From Pecten maximus (taxonomy: Eukaryota): a DNA stretch of 64,000 bases. Positions 13,201 through 28,200 of this stretch are shown here, piece after piece. Each line of letters begins with the position of its first letter. Positions within the stretch are counted from its first letter, which is position 1. The stretch lies in NCBI RefSeq assembly GCF_902652985.1, contig NC_047018.1:29574001-29638000 (forward strand). The letters run 5' to 3'. The notes under the pieces are model-generated. The model was not told where the DNA came from. It ran no database searches and was given only the letters and a program-made list of their open reading frames with translations. The translations under genes and the position numbers were made by a program.

Positions 13201-16200
13201 AGATAATGAATTAATCATGAAGCATATAGTAAAACAATTACAATAGTCATAACAAATAATTCAATATATTAGATACATTATTGAATTTTAACTTTTGCAT
13301 CATTTGAATCTTATTTTACCATTTCCTTTTTCGAATACTTATTCATATATTTTCATTTAGGACATTAATACATTAACATTTTATAATTAAGTCATTACAG
13401 ATTCAACAGAAACACCAGAGAAGACTACCAGTACCACGACTAACACTACCTGTGATACCGGTACTCTCGGTGGTCATTATAGAGTACGATGGCTGAGGCA
13501 TATAATGAATGTTAGTTGTGAAGATGATGGTGCTGCGTATGAGGAGTGTGAACACCCACAGTGGGATATAGTGGTATAATTAACAGTAGGAACAATAGTT
13601 CAGGGGAAAAGTTGTGCAACATGAACAGGTATATAATGTGCAGATCCCCATCCACGCCATTCGAAAGCTTTGATGAGAGATATCTGAAAAAGAAAAAAGG
13701 TGTAATCCGTCGGTTCTGACCAGGGCATTCATGTGTATTACAGTCTTGGTAGTCCACCCAGGACTCGGTACAGTTCGCGCCGCCGTAGTAGGGACCATCA
13801 CACTCTCTGTGACGGTACTGGCCGCCCCCGCCACACGTCACATTGCATTGGCCCCATTCCATCCACGGCATAAACACGCCGTCAACTGTAAACACAGAAA
13901 AAGCACCATTTATTACATCGTTCAATATCATGTGTATTGCTTAAGTTTAAGATCATTATCTAGTACGAATCGCACTTACTCGGACATTCGTGCATGTTGC
14001 ACTCCCTGTTGTCCTCGTAGTTTCCTTCACAATCCGCTCCACCGTAGAACGGACCGTCACATGACCTGTTCCGCCATTGTTCTCCACCCCCACATGTGAC
14101 GTTACACGAGAACCAATCCGACCAATCCGTAAAGACGCCATCGACTAAAAATTACAGAATATTGTTTCATAACGTCATTTATTCAATATATTATACATTT
14201 AATGTATTATAAATGTTATATATGACATAAAGATATGACATAATTTACTATCATCTCCGACTAAAAATATCGAAAGAAAATAATACAGTCATTATATTCA
14301 AAAGATTTATATTTGATAAAAGGTGTATAATGATTACGGTGAAGATTGCTGATAGTTATTAAAATCCGGAATAGGGATTGTCCAAAGTCTTTGCGTATGA
14401 AATATTAATGCTTTATATAATATCACTACATTAGTTTACTGCCACTCTATCTCTTTGTTTACAGGCTATTGTGAAACAACTGCTGTATTGTTCATACATT
14501 TTTTTTATAATAATTTGTTTCCTGTTTCTGTCTATCAGTGATATGATGATATAGAAGAGCTTACTTGGACATTCGTGCATGTTGCAATCTCTGGAGTCCT
14601 CGTAGTCATCCAGACAGTCGGCCCCGCCATAGTAGGGCCCGTCACACGTGCGATTACGCCACTGGATACCTCCCCCACACGTTACGTTACAGTAGTACCA
14701 GTCGGTCCAGGGCGTGAACACGCCGTCAACTGAAACATCAAATACAGTCCGCATTAACAACATGATGTATCTACAAATTGATTAGCTGTAAGAAATGTGT
14801 TACGAAAAAGCAAAAATTCAAGATGTCTATAAACTCAGCACATCTAAGGGAAGAAAAGTCATTACCCCCTTCCTGTAAGGGATATCACTCCTCTAAGTTC
14901 ATAACCTGTAAAGATGAAGATTAGTTAACACTCAAAGCTTCGATAAACGCAGATCTAAAAACGTTTTCAAAGATAGCACATTGAGATTCCTCTTCTAAAT
15001 GTGGAATTATTGAGAAAAGTAACCATTACACCTATGTGCGATGTTACGTATACATGTATTTTGAAAGGAACGTGTTCTGTATTCCATTTAAAATGATTTT
15101 TCTCATTCAGAATATGGCAATTGCCGGTAAATGAAACTTCAAAGAAAAAACAATACTTGTATTTAACTATGGCGCAATGCTGTCGTCCGTACCTGGACAG
15201 AAGTGGGTGTTGCAGTCTTTGGTCTCCTGGTCAGGCCCGGTACAGTCGGGTCCACCATAGAACGGGCCATACTCATCTCGATATCGGGAGTGATTACCTC
15301 CACCACAGGTCACACTACAGTCGTCCCAGTCTGACCAGTCCAGCCAGATACAGTCGACTACAAAACACATAGTACAGGATGAGCATTTTCTCTCAAGACT
15401 CAGGCTGCAGTTCTTGAAATCTTAGTCAAGAAGAGCTTGGTTATTCAAAATCTTATGATCTAAGTCGACAGGCTCTTGGCTATTCAAACACTCTGGCGAC
15501 CTTAACATAAATATTATTTAATAAAAGACTGAAATAACTGGCATTATTTGACCATCGAAAACTGAGGAGATCATGTTGTAACTCATTGAGTTTTATACGT
15601 ACTCGGACACTCGTGTGTGTTGCAGGCCTGGAAATCTTCATTGGTGCCCTGGCAATCATCTCCGCCATAGAACGGCCCGTCACAGTCACGTAACCGCATT
15701 TGTTCCCCGCCTCCGCACGTAACATTGCACATGCCCCAGCTACCCCAGTTCTCCCACACACCGGCCACTGACAAAGTTAGTGAAATGCTCCAATTACTTT
15801 ACAGTTCCGACCTCTGTTACTTGAATCTTTAAAAAACTTTTTAAGTTTTGTGCGACGAGGGACACAGAAGATAAAGATAAAACGTTGTTGATCTGATATA
15901 CATTGATGTAGAAGGAAATAGCAAACTATTTATCCTCCGTTATCTTTCTTATATTTATCTTAATTAGTAGTAATATTCTTAACGCTCGCTTAAAATGTAA
16001 CAGTTGTATATAGTTTAGATGGAATAATTGAAGGAAACGTGCACAAGTAAAAATTTCATGACAAAACGTATTATATTAGTGCTTAGAATCTCACGGCAAA
16101 GGTTACGTAGAACTGTATGATTTCTGCCACCCACATTGATAAAATTCATAGTTATTTTTTATTTACATCAATAGTTTCTACAATTCAATTAATTGTATTT

Positions 16201-19200
16201 TATTCACTTTTACAATTCGAACAGGGTTGTATTTATCAGGTTATTATCTATAACAATAGCACTACAATACAATGTAAACTTTTAAACAGATCATCGGAAA
16301 TTGAGGTAACGGTAAGATGAATAATCCAACGACAATTCGACACATCTGCTTTACCTGGACAGGGTCGTGGGAAGCAGTCCTGACTGTTGTTGGATGGTCC
16401 GGTACAGTTGGCGCCACCGTAAAAGGGGCCGATGCAATCCCTGTCACGCCATTGTGTTCCATTGGCGCACGTGACGCTGCACTCGCCCCACATGCCCCAC
16501 AATTCCCACACGCCATCGACTGTGGTGAATTGGTAGCATCATATTATCTAGTTATTTTCTTTTTATGAATGTTATTCTTCTCATATGTTCGTACCTGAGT
16601 TTTATTTTAACTGATATACATGTACATACACAAAGTAACTTAAATGAGTTTTCATTTCAGATGATATCTTATGAAACGAGTCTACTATTTGTTTTGTTTA
16701 CTCTGCAAGCATTAGCTAGGTTATATTACACTAGTGACATGCAAAATGCCACACGAATGAAATTTACTGAATAACAGGCTGCTATGCGATAACATAGTAA
16801 AGATAACAGAATAACTCGAGCCACATAACTGATACTCACTAGGACATTCGTGTGAGTTACACCCTTCGGTTTGGTTGTACTGGCCTTCACATAGATTACC
16901 GCCGTGCATAGTTCCCACACACTCACGGTCTCGGGTTCGATTCCCACCTCCACACGTGTGGCTACACTCTGACCACTCCATCCATTCCGTAAAGTTTCCG
17001 TCGACTGAAATTGGGAAAGTTATTTAGAAAAAATGATAAAGTGAATCTTACCGCAGGCCTTTGTTTGATTTCGCTAAGAATCACTTTACTTCCCGCTGTA
17101 TGCTTTAAATATTGATAACGTAGAAAATCAAAGAGACTTCAACAAATTCAATACATATATTTAAAAGTACACGAAAGACTTACTAGTAAAAATGACTAAT
17201 ATAGAAGAAATATATAATAAGAAAAACAACACAGCAGAAAAATGTAGCAGTAATTTTCACAGGCTCAACATTACATCAAATTACGATAAATGAAATATAA
17301 AAAAAATAGTAGAAAAGGGGGGATTCAGATATTCATAGCATTCGAAGGCTAAAGGAGGAAACACTCTAACGCAGAATAGAATGAAGAAATATACAAATAT
17401 CTAAATGTAATATGTATATAATGCTAACTACAAATCTACACAACAACACAATGAACACGTCAGCTTTTCGTGGTAGACATTTAGAAATATAAACAGTAAA
17501 GATTAGATATAAAAATGAAGTAAAAGTGAACATGTATTTGGTTTCCATACAAATTTGATCTTCTAAAAATTGAAAGAGAAAGGCCTGCGATAGATCTTCT
17601 ATAAAATTGTATTTTAATCTACATGATTAAACATAGACGGTTTGTAAGGATTTGTGAAAACATATAGCTGAACAGCACCAGGGCATGGTCGTAAGTTACA
17701 GTCGCCAATATCAGTCCAGTCTCCAGAACAGTTCAGTCCGCCATTGTACGGGCCGTCACACGTCCGTTCACGCATTCGCAGACCGTCTCCGCAACTCTCG
17801 GAGCATGCTCCCCACTCCATCCATTCGTTGAAGAGGCCATCCACTACAATCCATAATTATTTAGAGTAATCATAATTTGACCAAGAAATTTTACGCTTGA
17901 CACTTCAAAATCCGAACTGAACTTCCGTGTCGACAATGAAATGCCATAACTAGAAAAATTGATTAGGGACGAAAATCAAATTTTGTTAGATAAGCAATTG
18001 TTACAACTGATTTACGAAGCAAACTTATTTTCGTTTGGTGTGGATATAAAAAGGTTTTTAAAGATTAGTCTTGCGGCACGGAATCGTTCAGTCGGCAGTG
18101 TTGTGCGCCGTGGAGCTGTGACATGTGTCTATATGTTTATGGTGATAGCTTGGTACAGTATATTTTGTGGAGCTAGGGGGCATGGACTATGCAACGCGTG
18201 GTTATATATCTTTGTTACAAAGCATCAAAAGCATACTAGGGCCACTATAAACTAAATCAGCTGTTTTAATCAAAATCGACCTACAGCTAAATCAATGATA
18301 TGCAGCTTGAACTGACGAGCAACGTCAGAAGAACGATTAAACAAACCATACTGATCTATATATCTCCGACCGTTCTGAAATGAAATATTTCACATTATTA
18401 TGGTTTATAACAGTCTGTAACAAATTCACATAATCTTCATTATTTTGATATATGTAGCTATAATTTACTTGATCTCGATAACGACATTAAATTCTTAAAG
18501 TCTGCAAGTTTATATTACCATCATTAATAATTTCTTGTCAAACAGTGTGTAACTGTTTCTAGGTCGATGTCGTGTTCAAATAATGGAATTTTGCTTATAT
18601 AACTAAGGATATTGCAGATATAGTTTTCATGTTTTATGAGATCGTTATCGATCGTTGGAAATAAAATTGATGAGAAGTCATGCTTACTGGGACATTTCTG
18701 TTCGTTACAAGAGGCATACTCTTCCGGTGAGCCGGTACAATTAGACCCACCGTGCGCCCCTAAGGTACATATACGGTAGCGATATTTGGTTCCACCTCCA
18801 CATGTCTGTGTACATGTGTCCCACAGCGACCACAAACTCCAGTCACCGTCCACTGTAATACACAATCAAGAGACACTTTAATCTTCCGCTGTGGTTTTTT
18901 GTTTCCTTAAGGAATCGTTTGAAATTGATAATTTGTTGAGTTGATAATTGTACAATTGTATGATACAAGAATGAATTACCTGGACATGGGTCTATGTTAC
19001 AATTCATGACCTCAGAATCGTCGCCTTGGCAATCCAGTCCCCCAAAATAAGGACCAAAGCAGGTCCTTTTCCTAGTTTGTTGAGCTCCGCCACAGCTAAC
19101 TGGACAATCGGACCACCCTGTCCACGAGGTGTAGATGCCATCCACTGTGGCGAAGATATATTCAGTATTACATATATAACTAAAGAAAATGTTTGGATAC

Positions 19201-22200
19201 TGACCATCGTAGGGGAGTCATACTATTACTATCAACGTTACCAATTGTAAATGTTTGTGAAACTGTTATCTTTCGACTGATGAAAGATGCACTTGTTCTT
19301 TGTTCTTCCCTTTAACGCTTGTAGTCACGTAGTTTATAATGCTGACTTACGGTATCGGATATTTTTATTTGATATCAATGTATTATCATTTAAATAATTG
19401 TTTCTCGTAAATTAAAGATATCATATGGTGTTATGAACACGTGATTGATATTTAGTTACCTGGGCAGTTTGTAGGGAAACATCTATCAGATTCCTGCCAG
19501 TCTCCCGTGCAGTTTTGTCCACCATCTATGGGGCCATCACACTGACGATCTCGATATTTAGTTCCGTATCCACATGTGACGTCACATGCTGACCACGTAG
19601 CCCAGGGCAACCACACCCCATCAGCTATAAAATTGCAACTAACATAGTTCTGGTGGTTGTCTCTGATTAAACATGTAAGCCAAACCTTTTCTGTGTGGTA
19701 GGAAGCAGTCCTTACTGTTCTTAAGCCAATCAGTTAAAGCAAAGCAACAGCTACATATTTCACTTAATAAATCATCTTGGAATTCATTTCGCTATGAACA
19801 TGTCTTGTCAAAGCCTGAATAATTTTGTCATCATTTGTTAAATATTGAATATTTAATAATTTGGTAGAATTTGTTATGTGGTGGCCTATGTGTTAGTTAG
19901 TCAAAACCTGCATTATGAGTTTTGCTAAGTTATACTTTTTTTAAGATGTGGAGTCCATAGAATTCCAATATGAATATTAGTGTAAATCTTCAAGGTGTCA
20001 AAAGAGTTTATAAGCAGCTATGTATACAGTTCATACATATGTGTATAGTTATAAAGCGACTAGGCTTGTAGTCTATAAAGCAGAGTGATAATATATAGCA
20101 GTTCTATTGAAGCACTACATTGTAGTACAGTATCTGTGACATAGTAGAAATACAACTTGCAATATTCAAAGAGGACCATGTTGAGCATCACCAATATTTT
20201 TTTTGATCGCTCCCCTTAAATTTACATAAGTAATAAAGGTAAATTTACGGGCATGTATATCAAGTACACATGGTTACATTGTCTGGCAAATAGATGCCAG
20301 TGTATGCGGTAATATACGATATCAACATGGTAAAGAGAAGTTTTAATTGCAACAATCAGTCATGGCTGAGCAATCCTCATGTCAAATGTTCACTGGACGT
20401 TTCCTCGATTCAACAATTACTGTATTAATCTATCGGTGGATATTTCTATTTACTTTGACCAATACCAGTAATCTACTTGACTAGTCGAAATTGCTATGTT
20501 TAATTGATATAAACAATAAATCCCGAGTAATATGGAGACACTATTGCAGAATCCCAAAAACTATTTACAGATATTCATTTGATGAAGCAAGAATGTCAAC
20601 AATATTACAACCCAATATATAATGCAATATTTTCATATCCTAACTGTTTAAATTTTCAATGTACTGATGGTACAAAACACTTAGTAAAAGTCCTGTTACA
20701 GAAACAGATCCATGACTGAACAGCAATTAGCAGTATTAAGATAAGCTAGACAATACGTAGTAGACACGAGTAGACAGATAGAGGGTCGAGAGAGTACAGA
20801 TTTACGTAGGTAAACGGGTATAACACGGGTGACGAGGCCTTACCCGGGCAGTTGGAAGGATTACAGAACATGGTCTCGTCCGCCGATCCCTCACACTCAG
20901 ATCCGTTGTGGAATGGACCGATACACTCCCGTTGACGGTACTTGCTGCCACGCCCACACGAGTGAGAACATTCTGTCCAATTTGTCCAGGTGTCCCAAAC
21001 GCCGTCCACTATATCAAAGGAATATTATCAACATGTGTCATCTGTATAATTTTATTTGCATAGTAGCTAAATTAATGAAAAAATCGTCACAAGTCGATTT
21101 ATGTGCGTCCATTGAAGAGAAGCATCAAGTGAGAAAATACAGTTTGTATAAAAACGAGATAAGAGATACCAAAGTAAATGTCTAAATTTATGTTACCAAG
21201 AGAGAAAAATAAAAAGTACAGACCACTTTTGTTAGCAATTGTTTGATAACGTTACTTACCTGGACAGAAGAAGGAGTTACAAAGTCTCATATCGTCCTCT
21301 GGCCCTTCACACTTAGCGCCTCCGTGAAACGGCCCATTACACGTGCGGTTGCGCGTCTGTGTTCCGTTGTTGCACGTGAGGCTACACATGGTCCAGTTAG
21401 ACCACATTTCCCAGATACCGTCAACTGTAACAAACATTAACTATCACTGCTGGACTTCCTATCAAACACACTATCGCGTATTAATTGTTTAATTAATATG
21501 TAACCTTTATTGTAATGATTGAACAATATCGATTCGGTTTGTCTTAAACGGTATCATGTCGTTATATATATATTCATATAACACAGTTTTCTTAAATGAA
21601 AATCGTTGTTGTGTTTCATTTTGTTAAACTTCGTAGCATGAATAAATTACGTTTAAGGACGTAAACGCTTTCCATAAGACTTACTGGGACATTCGTGTGT
21701 ATTACAATCTTCGACCTCCATGTTGGTTCCGTTACAAGGCGCACCGCCGTACAATGGCTCTGCGCAGTCACGTGTTCGCCACGTCATGCCACCGCCACAG
21801 CTGACATTACAAGAGGTCCAGTTGGACCATAACTCCCAGAATCCGTCCACTACAAAACAATGTGTCAAAATCCAAACCAAACGGGTAAGGGGCCAAATAC
21901 AAACCAAAGAAATACACACGTGGATAGTCATTTCTAACGTGTCAATAGGAGTGGATTGTTGAAGGAAGTAACATCGTGCTTAGGGCAGACAACCCATGCT
22001 CTATACATTAGCATTCTTCACACAAGTTTTATATACTCCACATATAACACCCTGAAATATGGTGACACTGTTTTTTGTTGTTGTTGTTTTTTTGTCGGTA
22101 GTGGTGTTTTTTGTTGTCTTTAAAAACATAAACACTAGAAATTTTCGTTCGTGTGTTTTTGTGTTTTTTGTACTTCCCATGTTTCAGGTTGTTGTGGGAC

Positions 22201-25200
22201 AACATTTTCATGAGTATGAATATCACACATCATGCGGAAAGAGAAGGAATCACACTGCGGAGTATAAGCTTGGATCACTGCAACTCTTTGAGAAATAGAG
22301 CCTCGAAATACCCGGTATGTCAGCCATGCTTCTCTACTTGATCATAATATACACATTAGTTTCTGATCATACTTTACATATCTATTACAAATGTTTATCC
22401 ACATAGTTAGTTTAGTCAAATATTGTTTAGTCCAGTTAAAGCTCCGGTTGAAATAAATTTTAGTGTGAACTGTTGATGACCAAGTAGATGTCGCTAGAGT
22501 ACCGGTTGACATCGAGGCAACTGACCGGACACAGATACCGACCTGGACAGAAGTGAGTGTTGCATTTCCTTTCTTGTGTTTCTTCACCAGTACAATTGGC
22601 GCCTCCGTAATAGGGCCCTTCACACGTGCGCTCTCGATCCTGCAGACCACCACCACACGTGACGCTGCACGTCGTCCAGTTTGACCACAATGCCCAGACT
22701 CCGTCGACTGTGAACAGGTAACAGGACAAAGCATGAGAGTATGATATAGTGTCATACTATAAACAATTATGCACGTGCTTCTAAACATATTCACAAATAT
22801 TGCTAAGTTCAACTTAAACGTCTACCATTAGTTATATAGTTCTGTTTTGGTTTTCTTCCTTAACAATAAAACACGAGTAACTAATATAACAGAGTTGTAC
22901 TTACTAGGACAGTTGTGCATGTTACAGTCTCTCTGCTCTATGGGCGGACCACCACACTCTGCTCCATCGAAGTAGGGCCCTTCACAGTCCCGGTAGCGTC
23001 TCTGTCCGCCGCCTCCACATGTGACGTTACACGTGTCCCAGTCAGACCATTCCTCCCATACACCGTCCACTGAGACAAATTATACTCGTTACTACACCAA
23101 GTGAGTTTTATATCTCCTCATAACATTTACATTTTATTCTCCTCGTATCGCGCATTGAATATGAAATCATGCACAAAATACAGATTAACTAGATATTGTT
23201 ATCATGAAATTAATGTATCCTCAAATAGAGGTATACTATTTATTTATGTGTCTACCTGGACAATTCAAGGTCACACAGATTTCCTTCTCGTAGTATGTGC
23301 CTGTACAGTTTGCGCCGTCGTGGAAGGGACCAAAACAGGTTCTGTGTCGGTCACGTGTCCCGTTGGCACACGTGACAGAACATTCGCTCCAGTCAGCCCA
23401 GGTGTTGAAGATACCATCAACTGGAAAAGTCACAAATATTGTATTAGTGTTGTAAAAGTTCAAATACAAATGTAGTATATATGTGTTGTCAACTCACTAA
23501 TATTGTCCTATCGTTGTAAATGTTTGTATTATTGTTGTACAAACAAGACTTTTTGATTTCTGTTCATTCATAATAAACTGTAACAGGCTGTAGTACGCCC
23601 AGTCAGAGTAATGTACCAATCATGTCATTTCTCTTCGAGACTGAAATACACAATCTGACCATGTGTCAGTGCACACTACCAATGAATGCTACTTTTCAAA
23701 ATCTAATTTAAAATACCATTTTTAAGCTAAATTTGAGCAAAACGAAATAAAGGGAAAGCTTGTCATTTTTCAAAAATTAAACCTCTATAGTAAGAAGATT
23801 AAACCTCATCATATATCACAGACTTTACTGTGATATAGCATAGTAGTGGTTAGAACGCATAATCAACGTCTGCAACCGGTGTAATTTTGGGCGAGCGAAG
23901 ACATGTGGTGGAAATTACTTCAGCTAAAACTCGGAAAAATGCAACGCTTTAATAGTATGATTAATAATTTTTTTCCGCGATTATAAAGACATTCATTGTG
24001 CAAATGATTCCATATAAAACGTGTGGAGAAATGTCAATATGTTGCAAGACAAAATGTCTCTTATACATGTGTCATTTGACAATAAAATACGTAGAAATCC
24101 TATAACGGATACTGTGTTGATAAACTGTCAAACGGATTTAGGACTTCAAATATAAAAAAAAAGGTATATCTTTAAGAAGACCATGTAAGCAACTGGCCAG
24201 TGGTCAGGTTTACGTATCTCTTTATCATGCTGAAAAACTTTGTAATTTTTCACTTATTTCGGATGTGATTGAGATCTTTAGTCTTAGTAATTAATGTATA
24301 CGTATGTATTCCTGCACGACTTACTAGGACACGGGAAGTCATTGCACACCCTGGTATCATTGCCCGGTCCGGGGCATTTCGCTCCGCCATGAAGAGGATC
24401 GTCACACTCACGTGACCTGTTGGAAGTTCCGGCGCCACATGTTACAGAACAGTCCGACCACGTGCTCCATTGTTTCCAAGAACCGTCCACTGTTAATAAC
24501 AATAGAGAGGGTGTGTAGTACACACACTGAAGATAGATTACTTTTGATTTGATTTATATTTTCATTGTGAATCTAGGCCACCCATGCGTATCCAGATTTA
24601 AATATGTTATTAAATAATACGGACAGCCTTATCCTGGATCCGAAAGAAAACTGATGTTGCGTTACAAAAATAAGAAAACTGAAAATGGAGTATTCGTCCT
24701 TTGATGAAGACAAAATAATGACACAATATCGCATATGACACACATTCCGTGATGCATGAAATATATTCATAGGATAGGGCCGTTAGTATGCTGTGAAAGC
24801 ATATCCCTGATACCAGAAGCAGAAGTTAACATGTATACCAAGGTGAGCTCGGCATTTACGATTATCTAAAATGATGGTCCACTGTCTAAATGATTACCAT
24901 TTTTGTAAAATTATGACACTCTGATTTTCAACAGAGACAAAACTTATCGACATACCTGGGCATGAGAAGGCGTTACAGACTTCGCTCTGTGATGGCACAC
25001 CAGGGCATCCAGCGCCGCCATGAAGAGGTTCGTTACACGTGCGGTTTCTGAACCTCATGCCGTAGCCACACGTAGTGGTACACGTGCTCCATTCGTTCCA
25101 AGGCTCGTATTGCCCATCCACTGGTAAGTGCAAAGGAGAAATCGACGATCTTTTTTTTTAGAAATGCTAACATTAAAACGGATTTTGCATAAATAAATAG

Positions 25201-28200
25201 ATTTGATTTGTACCAATAATGTTGTAGAGGTTTACAAAACAAGAGAGAACGAACCATTTGATGTGTATGATATGTTGTTGAATATGCGCCTACCTGGACA
25301 TTCTCGGGGGTAGCAATCTCTGTTCTCCTGTTTCGGTCCTTCACATGCTTTTCCGTTGTGAAGAGGTTCGTTGCACACCCTTGTCCGGTACTGTGTTCCA
25401 TTTTCACACGTCACAGAGCATATCGACCAATCAGACCATGTCAACCAATAGCCATCCACTGCATCGGTAACGTGCCATTAATCAACCAATCAGAACTCTT
25501 TCCCCAAGTCCCCATTGAATTTACCACCCACATAACATGTCCATAAACAATGTGATCACATAAACACTCTAAAATTCACGAGGAAAAACATAATAGCATG
25601 CCGAGTCACGTGTAGATTTAAGGAGTGCAAACCAAGCAACTCCATGTTACAACGTAAGTCTTCAGATAGATTAAATTCTGTGGGTAAGCGTGCGCGGCGG
25701 AGGAAGCCACAATCAAGATCCGCCATTACACGGTATTACTCGAGTGGACATATAGGTTTGGATGGCGTAAATATATGTGTCTGTGATAATAAGAAGATAT
25801 GACTGGATAGACCTGCCGTTGAAAGCAGAATTATGTTTGTACCGTATATGGACATTTATGGTATGCGTAGAGAATATCAATACATTGTACACATAACGTA
25901 AATGTCGTCAATTATCTAAGTACGTATTCGGCTAAAAGTCATATCTTCCTCCCAAAGAGCGGAGGTAAGGATGGAGTGGGAGGGCGACAAAACTGACCAG
26001 GATTAATTACAGAGGTCAAGGGTTAAATGATGTGATGTAAGCATGATAAGGGACACGATGTGCTGATGTTGTAATCTTCAGTACCGCTGCACGGCCATGC
26101 ATTGCAGGCCTGAGTCTGGGAGGACGGACTGCCTATACATGGAGCGGGATTATAAAAACACTGGCGGGACCGAGCTTGTAAACCTCCTCCACAATCGACA
26201 CTACACGCAGACCATTCACTCCAAAGAATTACTACAACAGTAAGAGCAAGGTTGACACTCATCTAACTTCCTAAACCTAGTATACAAGTACCATTGACTC
26301 GTTTCGATGCAGAAGATGTAGAAAGAAAAAAAAGGAAAGTTCGTTCTAATGACGTTTTCTATTACTAATGAACGTCGCGACTTTTCATTGTTGACATGAA
26401 CTGTTACGTAGAATGGAATGGACGATTATCACAAGAAATGGTTCCATTTTTCAGCAATAAATGACTAAAAATCGTCTATTTGCAAATAAAGAAACATTGT
26501 AATCACTTCACTACGCGCTCTTTTAAACACGATTAATTGCGTTTGCCTTGATTTCCAATAAAGGCATCCATTCGCCAATTTCCTCATTCGTTTTTCGATA
26601 CCAATTACCGAATGATAGATAATGGTGCAAGAGTGCAGTATTCTATTAAAACTGGTTTAGTTACTTCTAAAGGCTCCAACATATCAAATTATTTAACGGG
26701 ACAGTGTATTTTTCAAACACAAAAAAGTTTTATCATCGCAATAATATCACTCGTCAAAGTTGAGCAGACACTCACTAATATATTTTTTTCGGGACAATGC
26801 GATTTTTTCACCAGAAGGCATGTTTTGAAATTTTACCTTTCAATAATATAGAATGTGTACAATAATGTGACTCAGACTTTAAACTGAAGAATGATTTGGA
26901 TATTTGGTCTAAAAAGGACATAATCAAAAATTCTGTTTCGGCTTAAATATATCCAGTTACATTTTCAATATTTGACTGTATTTGAATATGAAATGGTCAA
27001 AATTAATCAGAAGTTGCGTAAGTTTTAAATCACTGAGAAGAATGGGATTTTATAGTATACTTATATCACATTTAAAATTTTACTGAATGGTTTAAAGTAC
27101 ATATAATAAGGAGGCGTACCTGGACACATGATCTCGGTACAGGGTTTGTATTGAATATCCTCTCCCGGGCAAGGTTCTCCTCCGTGATTGGCTGGTGGGT
27201 AGTCACATGTCCGAGTTCTCGTTCTTCTCCCGTCTTCACAAGTGACTGAGCATGCACTCCATTCCACCCAAAGAGCCCATGCTCCCTTCACTATTATAAT
27301 AAAATGAATAATATTGACAAAGTTGTAATTGTATAGAATTATTGCTAATGCAATATTGCTTTACAAAACAAAATGTATTTTGTATACACATGTCCATCAT
27401 GATTACTGTAGAGAACACTGGTGTGTCCATGTCTCTAAGGAAACAGAAATGTAAAGACTCCGTTTCGTCCACAAACGCATGTCCTTTTCAAATCGAAAGG
27501 TTTAACTTTCACCGTTCAAATATTCTTCCTGTTGATTTGACGCAGTTGAAATGCCATTGTCTGATTATTTGCAGGTACTTGTGATTATTTTTTCTACAAT
27601 CCAATAAATATTGTAGCTGCATGACGTCAACATATTCGAATAGTGGCAGCATAGCTGTGCGATTAGGAGCTGACCTGTCTGTGTGGACGAAACAGAGGTC
27701 ATGTCCACTTAAAGAAAACACATTCTAAGTTAACATAGGAGATTATTGAACAAGCAGTTATCAATCTTTTAAAGGACTGGAAGTAGATTTTTTATCGGGA
27801 AACTTCAGAGAAGTCATTGTTTCGACATGGCGAGCTCTCCTCCCTTCTTCCTATTCTCAAAAGCAAAAGAGAGGGATGCCATTTTACCGAATGTTAATTT
27901 AGCACCCTAGACGTCTTAGATACCCTATACTCACTAGAATAGGTACATATACACATAGACAGTTACACATTTTAGTTCTCTGTCTATACACCGTGACCAT
28001 ATAACATACCTCTACACTTGACTCCAGCCGATCCCGGACACGCGTCAGACTTCTGTCGTGGACATTCCTGGATAAATCGTTCATCTCCCTGGCAAGATGT
28101 CGTCACAAAGTCAGCAGAATCGTCAACCTCTTCATACGAAGAATTCTTCACCACTGCCACGGGTAAGGTGAAATAAGAAATCAACAGTAAGTCATTAGTC

